Below, piece after piece: positions 60,790 through 64,000 of a stretch of DNA of 64,000 nucleotides. Numbering within the stretch: position 1 is the stretch's first letter; the number at the start of each line of letters is the position of its first letter. The notes beneath the pieces are model-generated. The model was not told the origin of the DNA. It saw only the letters and a list, made by a program, of their open reading frames with translations, and made no database searches. Source of the DNA: the human T2T-CHM13v2.0 reference genome, Homo sapiens; assembly GCF_009914755.1 (NCBI RefSeq), contig NC_060930.1; one strand, 5' to 3'. The position numbers and the translations under genes were made by a program.

Positions 60790-61650
60790 AGGGTCCCTAG
60801 GACGCCGGCGAGCGTCTGTGACCCACCACTGTCCAGAAATGTCGGTAAGCGCTGAACCCAAGGATACACAGCCCGAAGCAAACGCGGAAGGTATGGGCCT
60901 TACAGCCTGGAATTGCTGCAGAGACTGGGAGCCAAACCCTCATCCTAATGTCCCAACGCACTTTGGGGAGGGAGAGCTTCCCGCGGATCCGCCTGGGTTT
61001 GGGAGGACCGGGGTCCACTCTGCACCGGCCAGAGCCTGAGGGGCCCAGCAGCTGGAATACAGCAATCTCCCGCCCACCTGCTCGCAGCGTACAGAGCACA
61101 ACATCGCTCACCTGCGGCCCCCAGGGCCAGAAGAGAACTCCCTCCTACGGAGCGAAGGCAAGAGGCCTCGAACCCTTTTGGGACCCGGAACCCATCAAAA
61201 GTGACCCACAAAGGCCGGAAGCGGCCACGGGGGGTCTAAGAACCAGCCCGCGCGGGGCGCACTTCCGCGGCCGCTCTAGGAAGGGAGCGAAAGGGGCTTT
61301 GAACTCGGTAGTGTTTCCGCGCGTCTACGTGAGAGAAAGGCTGATGGCTTTCAGGCCCGCGGGTAAATGGAACGGGTTTATCTTTCTCCTCTTCTTTACC
61401 CAGCCATTGTCCACACTTCCCCCGACCCGATGGGTGGTCGAGGCTTGTAGAACTGATCTTAAGACAGGGAAATCCCTTGCGTCTCCATTCACTTTGGGAT
61501 TCTGTGTCTCTGAGGTTAGAGATGCCTCAAAGGGATGTTCTCCGGGGGACCTTCCCAAATCCGCGCTTAGCGGTGGCGAAGGGACTTCTTCCACACAGAC
61601 TTCTCAAGGGCCAGCCGGCTGGTTTCTGCCGGCTCTTTCGCCATCCACGA
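60790..61650 (-). promoter_or_regulatory. ZSCAN12: ZSCAN12 CpG island promoter and non-coding exon 1 (donor at 61112/61111)
   Basis: Dense CpG; ETS motifs ACTTCCGC 61261-61268 and CCGGAAGC ~61215; donor GCAG|GTGAGC on minus. Confidence 0.8.
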
Positions 61651-61689
61651 TTCTTTTGATGTTCTCTTTTATGTGCTGATGTATGATTA

Positions 61690-63020
61690 TATGTCAGAAA
61701 ACCCGGTTCAATGGAAAAACTATAAAAAAAGGATAATTTAGTAAAATAGCAAGATATAAAGTTAACACACTAAAATCAACGACCCTCATATATGTGAATA
61801 ATCAATGATAACGAGTTACGAGATATAATGGAAGAGAAGACCATATTTACAAGAGCAGCAAAAAAGTGAAACTAGGAATAAACTTAACAAGAAATGAACA
61901 AAACTTCTATGGGGAAAGCTTTAAAACATTCCTAAAAGGCCAAGTATACATTTAAACAAACAGAAAGCGATATGAGGTTCTTGGAAAGACTCAAAGAGGT
62001 CAGTCCTCCCTAAATACGTATGCAACTGTAGTATTCCAACAAAAATATCAACAAATATTGTTCTGGAATTAGATAAACTGATTATAAAATTCATGTGGGG
62101 AAATAAGAATAGCCAGGAAACCCATGAAAAAGAAAAATGGTGAGGGTCAACCTTATCAGATACTGGAACATACCCATATAATTTTAGTGTATTAACAGAG
62201 AGAAAGAATAGACCAGAAATGGATCCAGGTATGTAAGGATATTGAGTAAATGATGAAGGTGACACCACATATCAACAGGGAAATGAAGAACTTAGAAGTT
62301 GTGCTGGGATGATAACCGTTTGGCAAAGGTAAAACTGGATTTGTATTTCCCACCACACATCACAATAGAGATAAATTCTAAATGGATCTGAGATCTAAAT
62401 ATAAAAAATCCACCTATACATGTATTAGAAGAAAACATGAATAATAATTCTAACACGTGGGAATAGGGAAACATTATCTAACCATATGACTCAAAATCTA
62501 AAACCCATAAAAATAATAAATCTGGCTACATGAAAATAAAATGTATTGCTTGTCAAAAAAAAAATAAGGAAAGAAAAAGGCTTGCAACATATCACAGGCA
62601 AGGGCTAGTTTTCCAAATATCTAAAGAGCTCCTAAAAGTTGAGAATAACCAATAACCCAATAGAGAAAATGGCCAAAAGAAATAAATAGTTGACAGAATA
62701 AGAAATGCTAGCAGCCCTCAAACATCTGTAAATATGTTCAACTTCACTCAAAATATGAACATACAAATTAAAAACTATGCTGACTGAGGCACCGTTAGTC
62801 ATCAGATTGGCAATGGTACAAAAGTTTGACAGCATGCTCTACTCATGAGGAAGGAGAAACTCTTAACATTCTAGTGGGAATGCAAAATGGTACAACCCAT
62901 AGGTATGAAAGATAATACTATACAGCAAAATTATATATGTAAGTTTACCCTTTGTTCCTGCAATACCACTTCTAGAAATCCATCTCAAAGATACTTTGAC
63001 AAAAATATGAAGTGACACAC
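61690..63020 (+). mobile_element. Old L1M ORF2/3' fragment
   Basis: CTAGGAATAAACTTAACAAGAAATG; AAATGGATCTGAGATCTAAATATAAAA; GTGGGAATGCAAAATGGTACAACC. Confidence 0.75.
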
Positions 63021-63488
63021 ACACAAGATTAAATGAGATCAGGAGAGGCCTGATTTTTAAAATGCCAAATATGAGGGGATGAAATTGAGAAATTCTCAGG
63101 AGGAAAAATGGATCAGGGCTTCATCATTGATTATGTGGGGGATAAGAGAACCAAAAAAAAAAAAAAAAAAGCCTGGTATCGTCAGAGGATGGTGGTCCCT
63201 CCACCAAGACAGGGGGCACTAAATGACAAGTAGCATTTTGAGAAGAAATTTATGAGCACAGCTTGGCCATGTTAAGTTCGAAATCCTAGGAAGCATTACA
63301 CTGTAGATGTTGCTATTTGTTAATGGATTGGTTTAGGGATTTGTGGGTCTAGGAGTCATGAGAAGAGAGTTAGCTTGAGATCCATATTTTGGAGCCTTCC
63401 ACCTTTCAGTAATGGTTAAAATGATTAAGATATCTCATGAAGTGTGTGGTGCTAAAAAACAGCCTAGGACAGATTTCTGGAGTGCCCT

Positions 63489-63505
63489 TTGCCCCCTACT
63501 GCCAG
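63489..63505 (-). promoter_or_regulatory. Candidate CTCF site
   Basis: Minus strand TGGCAGTAGGGGGCAA resembles CCASYAGRKGGCRS. Confidence 0.35.
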
Positions 63506-64000
63506 CCCTATAGATTCTTCTTTCAGGGCGTCTGCGGAGAAGGGAGAGAGAGATCCCTCCTCACACCGTGCCAGGGCTCAAATCTCACCTGAAGCCGTAG
63601 AACATCTCAGAAAACAACAGACAGAGAAATTATTGGACAACAACTTGAATTCAACCTGGAAGTGTCCCTCAAGCTCACTTTGGGGTCCTTTTCCAGGCAT
63701 CTTGAAGGATTTTTGCAATGCAGTTGTTTTCCAAGTTCCACTTGGCATGACTTACTATAAGAAGCTGATATGAAAGTCTCACTTAAAAAGTCAGCTTGCA
63801 CCAAGGATGATTGACTTGGCATAGTTCCCAGGGACCTAGGTGAAACAGTCAACTTTTTGTCACAGATGCAATGTAGCCAGAAGAAAAGAGCATCTAAGCA
63901 CAAAGAGAGCTTAAGACAGAACTCTGAGTAAAACCAATCTCCGTCTTTTGACACTAGAGAAACACAAGGATATAGAGACAAAGAGCAGACAAAATGGATC

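Noticed and set aside
60948-61679. 243-aa ORF across the ZSCAN12 CpG island (and 173-aa ORF at 11650-12171)
   Set aside because: GC-rich promoter DNA is depleted of stops; no recognisable domain
63540-64000. Unique-looking sequence with a minus-strand CAG|GTGAG donor and a 124-aa ORF
   Set aside because: No recognisable homology or complete exon structure inside the window

Overview
Primate (almost certainly human) genomic DNA, very likely the chr6p22.1 SCAN zinc-finger cluster. Two intact genes face each other: ZKSCAN3 on + (exon 1 ~11.5 kb; coding exons 21161-27856; reconstructs to 538 aa, SCAN + degenerate KRAB-A + 7 C2H2) and ZSCAN12 on - (exon 1 ~61.1-61.3 kb; coding exons 59852-51897; reconstructs to 611 aa, SCAN + 11 intact and 1 broken C2H2). 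Between them (41.7-45.2 kb, - strand) is a heavily decayed but structurally complete tandem paralogue of ZSCAN12. It keeps a CpG-rich promoter relic, a SCAN exon with a 60-bp in-frame duplication, a linker exon and a zinc-finger exon with ZSCAN12-specific signatures. Its SCAN-exon splice acceptor can serve as an alternative last exon of living ZSCAN12, giving a 604-aa protein whose C-terminus is read mostly from the relic's former 5' UTR. ZKSCAN3 intron 1 holds an antisense, internally deleted HERV-S/HERVL18 provirus with a perfect 5-bp TSD but two very different LTRs, each linked to a splice donor pointing away from ZKSCAN3. The rest is mostly Alu, L1, L2, MIR, MaLR/ERVL and DNA-transposon remnants plus several local duplications. 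Repeat subfamily names and gene identities come from recall of consensus and protein sequences, not from a search. Repeat boundaries are approximate unless a TSD is quoted.
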